Source: a virus
Lineage: Duplodnaviria; Caudoviricetes
Length of the DNA: 64,000 nt
Direction: 5' to 3' (one strand)
Virus record (IMG/VR): IMGVR_UViG_2811995334_000013
Span: 342-64,341 of that record
A program made the position numbers and the translations under genes. Of this stretch, positions 45,529-54,090 are shown one piece after another; position 1 is the first letter of the stretch; each line of letters begins with the position of its first letter. Under the pieces are notes generated by a model that saw nothing but the letters and a program-made list of their open reading frames with translations, had not been told where the DNA came from and did no database searches.

Positions 45529-45891
45529 ATGCACAACCACATTGAGGGCCCACAAATGGGACAGACCAAGCACACGGCGGGACAGGCGTGGCTGCGGCGC
45601 GCGATCGAACTGGCCGCCGCGCGAGCGACGGCCAATTTCGAATACGGCGAGCTGGGTTCCGATTGCACCACTACCGAGTCGGCCGACGCCTACGCGCGCA
45701 CCCTCGCCGCTGATCTTGAACTCAAGGCGCATCTTCGCTTCGCGTCCGAGGCCTTCGACGCTCTCTACCTCGTTGCCTCGAAAACCGTGCTCACGTTGGG
45801 GATCCGCGCGATCGTCGACGCCGCGCTCGCGATGGGCGGCGACCGCGCGCCGGAGACGGTGCGACACATCACCATTGCTGGAGTCGATTGA
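45529..45891 (+). CDS. Hypothetical protein
   Basis: Packed ORF in pL operon. Confidence 0.55.
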   Translation: MHNHIEGPQMGQTKHTAGQAWLRRAIELAAARATANFEYGELGSDCTTTESADAYARTLAADLELKAHLRFASEAFDALYLVASKTVLTLGIRAIVDAALAMGGDRAPETVRHITIAGVD

Positions 45892-46136
45892 TGAGCAACC
45901 TCAAGTCCCCCGCCCAGTGCGGGGATCTCGCCGAAAAGCTGATTGCCGACTACGTGCGCGACTGTGGCGCATACGGCAATCCGCAGGCAATCGCGAACGT
46001 GATCGAGATGTTGATCAGCAAGGCGGCGCTCGGCATCGCCATGGTGGGTAGCGAGGCTATCGCTCAACAGATCCTCGACCGGACGAAGCGCAACGTCGCG
46101 ACGTATGCCGAGCGAAACCTGCGGAGGGGCCATTGA
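45888..46136 (+). CDS. Hypothetical protein
   Basis: ATGA-coupled ORF. Confidence 0.6.
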   Translation: MMSNLKSPAQCGDLAEKLIADYVRDCGAYGNPQAIANVIEMLISKAALGIAMVGSEAIAQQILDRTKRNVATYAERNLRRGH

Positions 46137-46318
46137 TGCGTACCCTCACCCTCCACCACCCGGCGGCCGACAACGCATTGCTGCGCGTCGCCGCGCGCGG
46201 TCCGCGCATGCGCTACGCGATCGAGGGCGCCATCTGGGCAATGGCCTTCGGCGCCGTGGTCGGCGCGCTCTGGTTCGGCGTCGATCTGGTCGGCCCGTAC
46301 CTCAGGAGTCTCGGATGA
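46133..46318 (+). CDS. Small membrane protein
   Basis: One TM (AIWAMAFGAVVGALWFGV). Confidence 0.55.
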   Translation: MMRTLTLHHPAADNALLRVAARGPRMRYAIEGAIWAMAFGAVVGALWFGVDLVGPYLRSLG

Positions 46319-46482
46319 ACACGCCCTTCGACTATCTCGGCGCGCTGCTCGACCGGATTCACGAATGGAATCCCATAGCCGGATACCTTGCAGCGCTCGC
46401 GATCGCTGCAGTCTGCACGCTCGTGCTGGCGCGCCTGAACGCCGACGGCTCGGCGGTCTCGTCAATCGTGAGGTCCACGTGA
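46315..46482 (+). CDS. Small membrane protein
   Basis: MNTPFDYLG..YLAALAIAAVCTLVLA. Confidence 0.55.
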   Translation: MNTPFDYLGALLDRIHEWNPIAGYLAALAIAAVCTLVLARLNADGSAVSSIVRST

Positions 46483-46622
46483 GCCGCTTCACCGATCACG
46501 CCGACCTCTTCGAGCGCCGGTGCCCGCGCGCCGCGCGCGCGCTCGTCGTCGCAATCCTCGTTGCGGTCGCGCTACTCGCTGTCGCCGCCGACAGCCTCAC
46601 GAAGCACTGGGGAATTCTGTAG
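46479..46622 (+). CDS. Small membrane protein
   Basis: GTG start; ALVVAILVAVALLAVAA. Confidence 0.5.
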   Translation: MSRFTDHADLFERRCPRAARALVVAILVAVALLAVAADSLTKHWGIL

Positions 46623-46754
46623 CTCGTCTCCCGTGCCGCGCTCGCATCCAACGAGGGTGCCGCCTCCGCCGCACACATCGAATTCCGACGCTGCAGCGCC
46701 GCGCGCTCGCGCGCCATTCGCGTCCCACCATCGTTATCCCAGGAGCTCCACGAG

Positions 46755-47042
46755 ATGAAAACCATCGACACACAACCCGTCGAGTCGTCGCAGATCCACA
46801 GCATCGGCTACGACGCCGAAACGGAAACGCTCGCGGTCCGCTTCAAGGGCCGCACCGGCGAGCCGACGTCGCTGTACCACTACTCGAACTTCACGCAGGC
46901 GAATTTCGACGCGCTGAAGACGGCTGACTCGATCGGATCGCACCTCTACAAGCACATCAAGCCGTTCCGCGACCGCTTCCCGTACGAGTGCATCGAGAAG
47001 ATGCCGGTGGCCGAGCAGCCTGGTGCCGAAGGTGCGGCATGA
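46755..47042 (+). CDS. KTSC domain protein
   Basis: VESSQIHSIGYD..TLAVRF..YHYSN..ADSIGSHLYKHIK. Confidence 0.9.
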   Translation: MKTIDTQPVESSQIHSIGYDAETETLAVRFKGRTGEPTSLYHYSNFTQANFDALKTADSIGSHLYKHIKPFRDRFPYECIEKMPVAEQPGAEGAA

Positions 47043-47848
47043 CCGACTCCGTCTATGCGGTTCGCGCCTCGAGCTGGGGCGCGCTTTTCGAATGCGCCTA
47101 TCGGTGGGAAGGCATCCACCTCCTGAAGATGCGCAACGTCGTCGGCCTGCGCGCCGCACTCGGTACCGCGATTCATGCCGGCACGGCCGCATACGACCAG
47201 AGCGTGCTCGACGGCTCCGGTCTGACCGTAGATGACGCGGCTGGTGCATTCATCGACAAGCTGTATGACCCGTCGAACGAGTACAACCCGGCGAGCGACG
47301 ATCTCAGCCTGAAGGAAGCCGAGCGAATCGGGCTCTCGCTCACGACGAAGTACTGCCTCGAGATCTCGCCGCGCTACGACTTCGTCGCGGTTGAGATGGA
47401 GACGAAGCCGCTCGACATCGAGTGTGGCGGCGGGATCGTCATTCGGCTGACGGGAACGCTAGACCGTGCGCGCGTGCGACGCACTGCGCTGGGCCCCGGA
47501 ATCGCTGACCTGAAAAGCGGTTCGAAGGCAGTCGCCAACGGCGTCGCTGTCACGAAAGGCCACGGCCCGCAGATCGGCACCTACGAGATGCTCTATGAGC
47601 ACACGACCGGCGAACAGATCGCCGACACGGCCGAGATCATCGGCCTGAAAACGAAGGGCACGCCCGAGATCGCGACCGCGCCGATCGCGAACGCGAAGCG
47701 CGTGATGGTCGGTACCGACGAAACGCCCGGGCTGATCCAGTTCGCCGCGGATATGTTCCGGTCCGGTCGCTTCTATCCGAATCCGAAGAGCCTGCTCTGC
47801 AGCGCGCAGTACTGCCCGCGCTACGGCTCCTGCCAATTTCACGAATAA
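47039..47848 (+). CDS. PD-(D/E)xK exonuclease (RecE/AddB-like)
   Basis: RASSW..C..GTAIHA..LTGTLDR..IADLKSG..LCSAQYCPRYGSC (Fe-S-type Cys). Confidence 0.85.
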   Translation: MTDSVYAVRASSWGALFECAYRWEGIHLLKMRNVVGLRAALGTAIHAGTAAYDQSVLDGSGLTVDDAAGAFIDKLYDPSNEYNPASDDLSLKEAERIGLSLTTKYCLEISPRYDFVAVEMETKPLDIECGGGIVIRLTGTLDRARVRRTALGPGIADLKSGSKAVANGVAVTKGHGPQIGTYEMLYEHTTGEQIADTAEIIGLKTKGTPEIATAPIANAKRVMVGTDETPGLIQFAADMFRSGRFYPNPKSLLCSAQYCPRYGSCQFHE

Positions 47849-47859
47849 CCGAGGTATCC

Positions 47860-49062
47860 ATGTCCACGCCTACCACCCTGGAATCCATCCGCTCGCCGCT
47901 GCCCCGCGAGGCCAGCATGCCCGCCGTCGCGCCCGGCTTTGGATCGCTGCAGTCGTTTGAACTGATGCAGCGCGCGGCGAACCTGCTCGCATCGTCGACG
48001 CTCGTGCCCGCCGCATACCGAAAGGTGATCGAGAAGCTCGACAAGTACGGCAACGTGAAGGAATCGCGCGAGAACCCGAACGCGCTAGCGAACGCCGTCG
48101 TCGCGCTGAACATGGCACAGCGCATGGGTGCGGATCCGCTGATGGTGATGCAGAACCTGTACATCGTCGAGGGCCGGCCGTCTTGGTCGTCGCAGTGGAT
48201 CATCGCCGCGGTGAACGGCTGCGGCCGCTTCTCGCCTCTGCGCTTCGACATCAAGGTGCTGGGCGCGAAGGACGTCGACTACGTCGAGACGTTCTGGGAG
48301 AACAACCAGCGCCAGAAGCGCACGATCAGCGTGCCGATCACGGACAAGGTCTGTATCGCCTGGGCGATCGAGAAGGAAACCGGCGAGCGCATCGAGTCGC
48401 CGGCCGTGTCGATCGAGATGTCCGTCAAGGAAGGCTGGTACACGAAGAACGGCAGCAAGTGGCAGACGATGGACGAAGTCATGCTGCGCTACCGCACTGC
48501 GTCGTTCTTCGGGAAGCTGTACGCGCCCGAGCTCCTCATGGGCCTGACGACGGTCGAGGAAGCCGCCGACATCGTCGACGTGCACGAGGACGGCACCTAC
48601 TCGGTGAATCGCGCGACGCTCGACGAGCTCCGCGCCGGCCGCGCGCAGCCGGCCGACGAAGTGCCGCGCGGCGCGGAGCCGCCGCAGACCGGGCCCGCGA
48701 CCGAATCTCGCACGGACGGCGCGCCACCTGCGGCCGCGCAGGCAGCTCCGGCCGACGACCAGGACGACCCTAGCGAGGACGACGGCCAGAGCCAAGGCGG
48801 CTTCGACTTCGACGTCAGCGGGCTGGTGCGCGGCATCCGCGAGGACATCGAGTCCGCCAAGACCCCCGAGGATCTCGACCTGGCGCGCAGCGCGATCGCC
48901 GGCGTGCCGGACGAAACCGCCAAGGCCGAGCTGAACGCCCTCACCTCGGCGCGCATGCGCGTGCTCACTGCTGCCGCTGAAAAGCCGGCCAGCGGCGCGC
49001 CGGCTTCCCAAACGGGCGCACCGGCTGGCCGCCGCGCCCGCGCGCCGATCAGTGCCGATTAA
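47860..49062 (+). CDS. RecT-like single-strand annealing protein with acidic tail
   Basis: ALNMAQRMGADPLMVMQNLYIVEGRPSW, KNGSKWQTM..MLRYR..GLTTVEE. Confidence 0.75.
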   Translation: MSTPTTLESIRSPLPREASMPAVAPGFGSLQSFELMQRAANLLASSTLVPAAYRKVIEKLDKYGNVKESRENPNALANAVVALNMAQRMGADPLMVMQNLYIVEGRPSWSSQWIIAAVNGCGRFSPLRFDIKVLGAKDVDYVETFWENNQRQKRTISVPITDKVCIAWAIEKETGERIESPAVSIEMSVKEGWYTKNGSKWQTMDEVMLRYRTASFFGKLYAPELLMGLTTVEEAADIVDVHEDGTYSVNRATLDELRAGRAQPADEVPRGAEPPQTGPATESRTDGAPPAAAQAAPADDQDDPSEDDGQSQGGFDFDVSGLVRGIREDIESAKTPEDLDLARSAIAGVPDETAKAELNALTSARMRVLTAAAEKPASGAPASQTGAPAGRRARAPISAD

Positions 49063-49074
49063 CTGGAGCAGAAC

Positions 49075-50841
49075 ATGAAGATCACCGATGTCTACGTCTC
49101 GAACGTGCTCGGGATCCGCGCGGCCGACGTGCGGCTCTCGAAACCTGTCGCCCTCTTCGTCGGCCCGAACGGCGCCGGCAAGAGCAGCATGCAGGAAGCC
49201 GTTCGCATGGCCCTCACCGGCGACACGGTCCGCGTCGCCCTGAAGAAGGAATACGGTTCGCTGGTCACCGAGGGCGCGGACACCGGCCAGATCGTCGTCG
49301 CGTGCGGTGAGCACGCGAACACCGTCGCCCTGCCGGCCGGCAAGATCAAGCGAGAAATCGCGGAGGATCCGCGCCTGCCGCTGGTGCTCGACGCTCAGCG
49401 CTTCGCGCACATGGCAGCGACCGAGCGCCGCTCGTTCCTCTACGACCTGATGGGCGTGAAGATCGGCATCGACGAAATGCGTGCGCGGCTGCTCGACAAG
49501 CTCGGCCTGCGCGCCAACGCAGTGCCGGCGCCGGCCGCCGCACGGCTCGCGGCGATCACGCCGATGCTGCGCGCCGGCTTCGACGCAGCGCACAAGGAAG
49601 CGACCGACCGCGCGCGCGGCGCAAAGCAGTCATGGCGCAGCGCGACCGGCGAGACGTACGGCAGCCAGAAGGCGGCGACGTGGCGCCCAGCGCCCGTCGA
49701 GTTCGATGAGGCCGCCCTACGCAAGCTGACCGGCGACCGCGCTGCGCTCGACGACCGGATCGGCGAGCTGCAGCAGCAGATCGGCGCCGCCGACGCGGCC
49801 GACACCGCGGCGCGCACGCGAGCGGCGAAGCTGGCCGACCTTCGCACCCGCGCCGCCGGCTATGCGAAAGCGGCCGAGCTCGTGCAGCTCGCCGACGACC
49901 AGGTCGCCGAATTCCTGCCGAAGGTCGAAGCGCTGCGCGTGCGCGCTGGCGCGGCGCCGGCCGGCGCTGAATGCGCATGCCCCGAATGCGGCGCGTTGCT
50001 GCGCTACCTGAATGGCGTCCTGTCGGCGGCGGCCGCTGCTGGCGTGCGCGATGAGGATGCAGTCTCGAAGCTGCCCGAGTACGAGCAGGGTCTGAAGACG
50101 CTGCAGAACGCCGCAGCGAACCGCAGACGAGACCTCGAAGCCGCCGACGCGGCCGCGACTCAGCTGCGCGCGCTCGAGGATGACGCAGAGGACAACGCCG
50201 CGGCCGCCGCGCGCGAGAGCGGCGACGCTGCGCGCTCGGAGCTCGCCGACCTGCAGCGCCGCCGGAAGCAGCTGGACACCGATATCGCGACGATGCGCGA
50301 GATCGAGCGCCGCGCCGCCGGCGCTGCGGATCTGGCGAAGACCGCCGCCGCGCTGCACGACGACGTCGCTGCCTACGAGGCGATCGCGGGCGCGCTCGCG
50401 CCGGACGGAATTCCGGCGGATCTGCTGCGGGAAGCGCTGACGCCGGTGAATGAGCAGTTGACGGCGCTGGCGGAAATGTCCGAATGGGCCGACGTCACGA
50501 TCACGCCGGAGATGGAGATTCTGGCAGGCGGCCGCGCGTACGCGCTGCTGTCGGAGTCGGAGTGCTGGCGCGCCGACGCGCACATCGCCGCAGCGATCAG
50601 CCACTTCTCGGGCCTGAAGCTGCTCGTGCTCGATCGAGCGGATGTCGTGGTCGGCCCCGAACGCGATCGCCTGCTCTACTGGCTCGATGACCTCGCTTAC
50701 ACGGGCCAGATCGATACCGCACTGGTGTTCATGAGCCTCAAGGCGGCGCCCGGCAGCCTGCCGGATGGCATCGAAGCGTTCTGGGTCGCGAACGGTCACG
50801 TGACGGCCGCCACGCCGCGCGCGATCAGGGAGGCCGCATGA
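49075..50841 (+). CDS. Rad50/SbcC-like ABC ATPase
   Basis: GPNGAGKSS Walker A, coiled coil with CPECG hook, LSESE signature, LVLDRAD Walker B. Confidence 0.85.
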   Translation: MKITDVYVSNVLGIRAADVRLSKPVALFVGPNGAGKSSMQEAVRMALTGDTVRVALKKEYGSLVTEGADTGQIVVACGEHANTVALPAGKIKREIAEDPRLPLVLDAQRFAHMAATERRSFLYDLMGVKIGIDEMRARLLDKLGLRANAVPAPAAARLAAITPMLRAGFDAAHKEATDRARGAKQSWRSATGETYGSQKAATWRPAPVEFDEAALRKLTGDRAALDDRIGELQQQIGAADAADTAARTRAAKLADLRTRAAGYAKAAELVQLADDQVAEFLPKVEALRVRAGAAPAGAECACPECGALLRYLNGVLSAAAAAGVRDEDAVSKLPEYEQGLKTLQNAAANRRRDLEAADAAATQLRALEDDAEDNAAAAARESGDAARSELADLQRRRKQLDTDIATMREIERRAAGAADLAKTAAALHDDVAAYEAIAGALAPDGIPADLLREALTPVNEQLTALAEMSEWADVTITPEMEILAGGRAYALLSESECWRADAHIAAAISHFSGLKLLVLDRADVVVGPERDRLLYWLDDLAYTGQIDTALVFMSLKAAPGSLPDGIEAFWVANGHVTAATPRAIREAA

Positions 50842-51482
50842 GAGAGGACATCGGACGTTACCTCGGCATGGTATCGGATGCGACCGCAAAATCGATCGCC
50901 TCCGGTACCGGGCTTCCGCAGCTCGACGTCACGAAGGAACTGAACCGGATGCTCGGCAGCGGAATCGTCGAGCGCGAGAAGCGCGCGGGCAGCGGCAACG
51001 AATACGTGTACTGGCTCTCGCGCGGCGACGCGCCCGCGCCGCCGGCGTCGCCGAGAATCGCTCCAGAGGCCGACAAACCGACCGAGCCGCCCGCGATATC
51101 GCTCACGTCAATCGGCCTGGTAGAACGCTCGATCGACCCGAACGCATGCGTCATCGACCCGGTGAGCATCATCGCCAACCTCCGCACCGACATCGAGCGC
51201 CTCACGGTCGAGCGCGACGCAGCCCGGCAGACGGCCGACACCTGGCGCGCGAACGCGGCGACACTCGAGGCCCGCATCGACGAACTGACGCTCGGCCCGG
51301 TCGGCGCCGGCGCGCCGATGTTCGTCACCGTGGGGCGGAACAGTAAGCCGCAGCGTCACGACTCGCTCGAGAAGGCGCAGAAGCGCGTCCGCTCGCTCGT
51401 GCGCAGCGAGAAGGAATCCGAGGTCCTCGTGCTCGAACCGGTCGGCCGGATCGTGCGCGGAACGGAGTGGAGACCTCGATAG
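50838..51482 (+). CDS. Hypothetical protein (N-terminal wHTH, coiled coil)
   Basis: IASGTGLPQLDVTKELNRMLGSGIVER. Confidence 0.6.
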   Translation: MREDIGRYLGMVSDATAKSIASGTGLPQLDVTKELNRMLGSGIVEREKRAGSGNEYVYWLSRGDAPAPPASPRIAPEADKPTEPPAISLTSIGLVERSIDPNACVIDPVSIIANLRTDIERLTVERDAARQTADTWRANAATLEARIDELTLGPVGAGAPMFVTVGRNSKPQRHDSLEKAQKRVRSLVRSEKESEVLVLEPVGRIVRGTEWRPR

Positions 51483-51565
51483 CAGCACCGCCGCGCGCCT
51501 TCCGTGCCCCGGATTGCGCGGCGCATTCGGGCGGCTCGTACAGCGCCCATTTTTTCGAATTGACC

Positions 51566-52006
51566 ATGCAAACGACGAAGACACCGTGGAATCCCTCGCG
51601 GCGCGCCACCGCCCGCGTGCGGAATCCGCTGCCCGCGCCGACCATCTGTCCGCTCGACGGCGGCCAGGTCGAGATCGTGAACAACGCCGCGATCTACGGC
51701 CGCGAGTACGGCGAATGGCCGTGGGCGTTCCTCTGCCGCACGTGCCGCGCGTATGTTGGGCTTCACCCGTTCACCGGCATTCCACTCGGCACGCTCGCCG
51801 ACGCACCGATTCGCGAGGCACGGAAGCGTGCGAAGGCTGCATTCAACCCGATCTGGTAGTCCGGCGCGATGACGCGTACCGACGCGTACGTCTGGCTGGC
51901 TCAGCAGCTCGGCATCGAGAACCACGAGGAATGCCACATCGGATGGTTCGACATTGCGATGTGCGATCGCGTGGTCTCAGTTGCTCACAAGGAATTTCCC
52001 CGATGA
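51566..52006 (+). pseudogene. Zinc-finger protein (DUF3268-like) interrupted by in-frame TAG
   Basis: ICPLDG..FLCRTCRAYVGLH..GTLAD..FNPIW*SGAMTR.DAY.WLA..CHIGWFD; TAG at 51857, frame continues to TGA 52004-52006. Confidence 0.75.
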
Positions 52007-52197
52007 CGGATACGCAAGACCCTCTCTGGCGCGCGCTCGCGCGCCTCGAACACGCTGAGCTCAACGAAAGCGATCGTAGCCAGCTGCGGCCCGCGTTCGC
52101 CGCGTTGCACGGCAGTCACGCGATGCGCATCCCCGACACGATCGTCGCGCGCATTCGTCACCTCGACGCGACGCTGCCGAATACGACGGAGACCTGA
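52003..52197 (+). CDS. Small hypothetical protein
   Basis: MTDTQDPLW..; ATGA overlap, AAGGA RBS. Confidence 0.6.
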   Translation: MTDTQDPLWRALARLEHAELNESDRSQLRPAFAALHGSHAMRIPDTIVARIRHLDATLPNTTET

Positions 52198-52198
52198 C

Positions 52199-52609
52199 AT
52201 GTTGCTCGACAAGATTGGCGCCGCTGATGCGACGCTGCGCACCCAGATCGAAAGCATCTACTGGGGACGAAAGATCGGCTCCGAACCCCATCCGAAGTAC
52301 CGCTACGGCTGCGACACGCTGCCGAATGGATGGACCGAAATCACTTGGGAAGCGCTCGCGAAATCGAGGTTCTTTTTCTACACCCCGGTCGCAACCGGTT
52401 GGTTGCGGACGACGATCGGCGACGCGCGCCTCTTCTTCATGCACAACCAGTTCAGCTTCGCGCTGATCGGGGATTACCACGCGGGCACGGTGAAGGTATT
52501 CCAGTTCGGCTGCGACCACGACATGAGCAACGAGACCATCGGCAACTGTCTGCACCGCTATACGTGCACGAAGTGCGGCTTCAGTGAAGTCATCGACACG
52601 TCGGATTGA
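52199..52609 (+). CDS. Hypothetical protein with C-terminal Zn ribbon
   Basis: GCDH..CLHRYTCTKCG. Confidence 0.6.
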   Translation: MLLDKIGAADATLRTQIESIYWGRKIGSEPHPKYRYGCDTLPNGWTEITWEALAKSRFFFYTPVATGWLRTTIGDARLFFMHNQFSFALIGDYHAGTVKVFQFGCDHDMSNETIGNCLHRYTCTKCGFSEVIDTSD

Positions 52610-52676
52610 CGCACGTCACCAGGTCGAGCGCATCAACGTCGCCCGACCAACCATTCCCCCACAGGAGCGCATCACG

Positions 52677-53000
52677 ATGATGAAGTCCTACACGTCGACG
52701 CTCGTCGACATCCGCGGCGGCATGCTCGTCGAGGAAGCCACCGAGCAACTGAACCACCTCGTCGCCCTCGTCCGCGACACCGGCAAGGCTGGGAAGATCA
52801 GCGTCACGATCGAGATCAAGCCGTTCGCCAAGGTCGCCGACGCGCTCGAGGTTTCCGGTGAAGTCGCGACCACCATGCCGAAGGAGAAGCGCGCCGCCGA
52901 GGTGTTCTTCCCCACCGTCGAAAACAACCTCTCCCGCAACAGCGAGCGGCAGCCCGATCTGCCGGGCATCCAGCTCGCCAACACCGGCACCGGCCGGTAA
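52677..53000 (+). CDS. Phage protein, usual upstream partner of DUF2303
   Basis: LVRDTGKAGKISVTIEIKP..FFPTVENNLSR. Confidence 0.7.
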   Translation: MMKSYTSTLVDIRGGMLVEEATEQLNHLVALVRDTGKAGKISVTIEIKPFAKVADALEVSGEVATTMPKEKRAAEVFFPTVENNLSRNSERQPDLPGIQLANTGTGR

Positions 53001-53033
53001 TCGCCACACCCACCACACCTTCAGGAGATTCGC

Positions 53034-53858
53034 ATGTTCGACCACGATGCCCCCGATATCAGCGCTGCCCTCAACGCCGGCACCGCGCTCGCCGGCCCGC
53101 AGAAATCGCCACTCGCCGACGGCCGGCCCTTCGTCGTCGTGCCGCACGGCTACGATGTGCGGACGCTGGACGAGCGCGACCCGTTCCCGCATCGAGCGCG
53201 CGGCACCGTGAAAGTTCGCGACGCCGCGAGCTTCATCGCCTACTTCAATCGCCAGAAGACGGGCAACAGCCTGATCTATGCGTCGCTCGACCCGGCGCAC
53301 ATCCTCGGCGTCATCGACGACCACTTCCCGGCCAGCGACCAGCTCGACAACGGCGGCGCCAACTGGCGCGAGTACCGCGTGCAGTTCTCCGTGCCGGCAT
53401 CACGCGAGTGGCGCACCTGGACCGCGTCGGATCGCAAGCCGACGACGCAGCTCGAGTTCGCTGAGCTGATCGAAGACAACCTGCCTGACATCGTCAGCCC
53501 GTCGGGCAGCGACATGCTGTCGATCGCGCTGAACTTCGAGGCCAGCAAGGGCGGCAACTTCGTGTCGGCAACGCGACTGCAGGACGGCAGCGTCGACTTC
53601 GTCTGGCGCGAGGACGTGAACGCGACCGGCAACAAGGTGAAGATGCCGACCGAGATCGCGCTCGAGATCCCCGTCTTCGAGAACGGCGCGAAGTACCCGG
53701 TCAGTGCGCGCCTGAAGTACCGCGTGAAGGACGGCGGTCTGACGATCTGGTACGAGCTGGTCCGCCCGCACAAGGTGCTCGAAGACGCGTTCCGCGCGAT
53801 TTGGTCGGACATTGAGGCTCAGACCGAAACGAAGATCCTGCTCGGCTCCCCCGAATAA
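53034..53858 (+). CDS. DUF2303 (YfdQ) family protein
   Basis: DAASFIAYFNR, SREWRTW, QLEFAELIEDN, IPVFENG..ARLKYR. Confidence 0.88.
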   Translation: MFDHDAPDISAALNAGTALAGPQKSPLADGRPFVVVPHGYDVRTLDERDPFPHRARGTVKVRDAASFIAYFNRQKTGNSLIYASLDPAHILGVIDDHFPASDQLDNGGANWREYRVQFSVPASREWRTWTASDRKPTTQLEFAELIEDNLPDIVSPSGSDMLSIALNFEASKGGNFVSATRLQDGSVDFVWREDVNATGNKVKMPTEIALEIPVFENGAKYPVSARLKYRVKDGGLTIWYELVRPHKVLEDAFRAIWSDIEAQTETKILLGSPE

Positions 53859-54090
53859 CCGCTTCCCCCGTGGCCTACCGCACGCGCCCTCGTCGCGCGC
53901 GGCATTTTGGGGCGAACGTCTCGCCCCGCTTTTTCCACCGGCTTCAGCGGCGGGCGCTCGGCGTGACGGGTGGGCGCCGTCACACCACAGTGCGAACTGG
54001 CCTGCAGCCACTCGGTGCTTTCATGCCAACGCTGCCATATGCGAGCCGAGCACCCACCCCTGATGCCTGATCGATACATGGAGATCCTGA

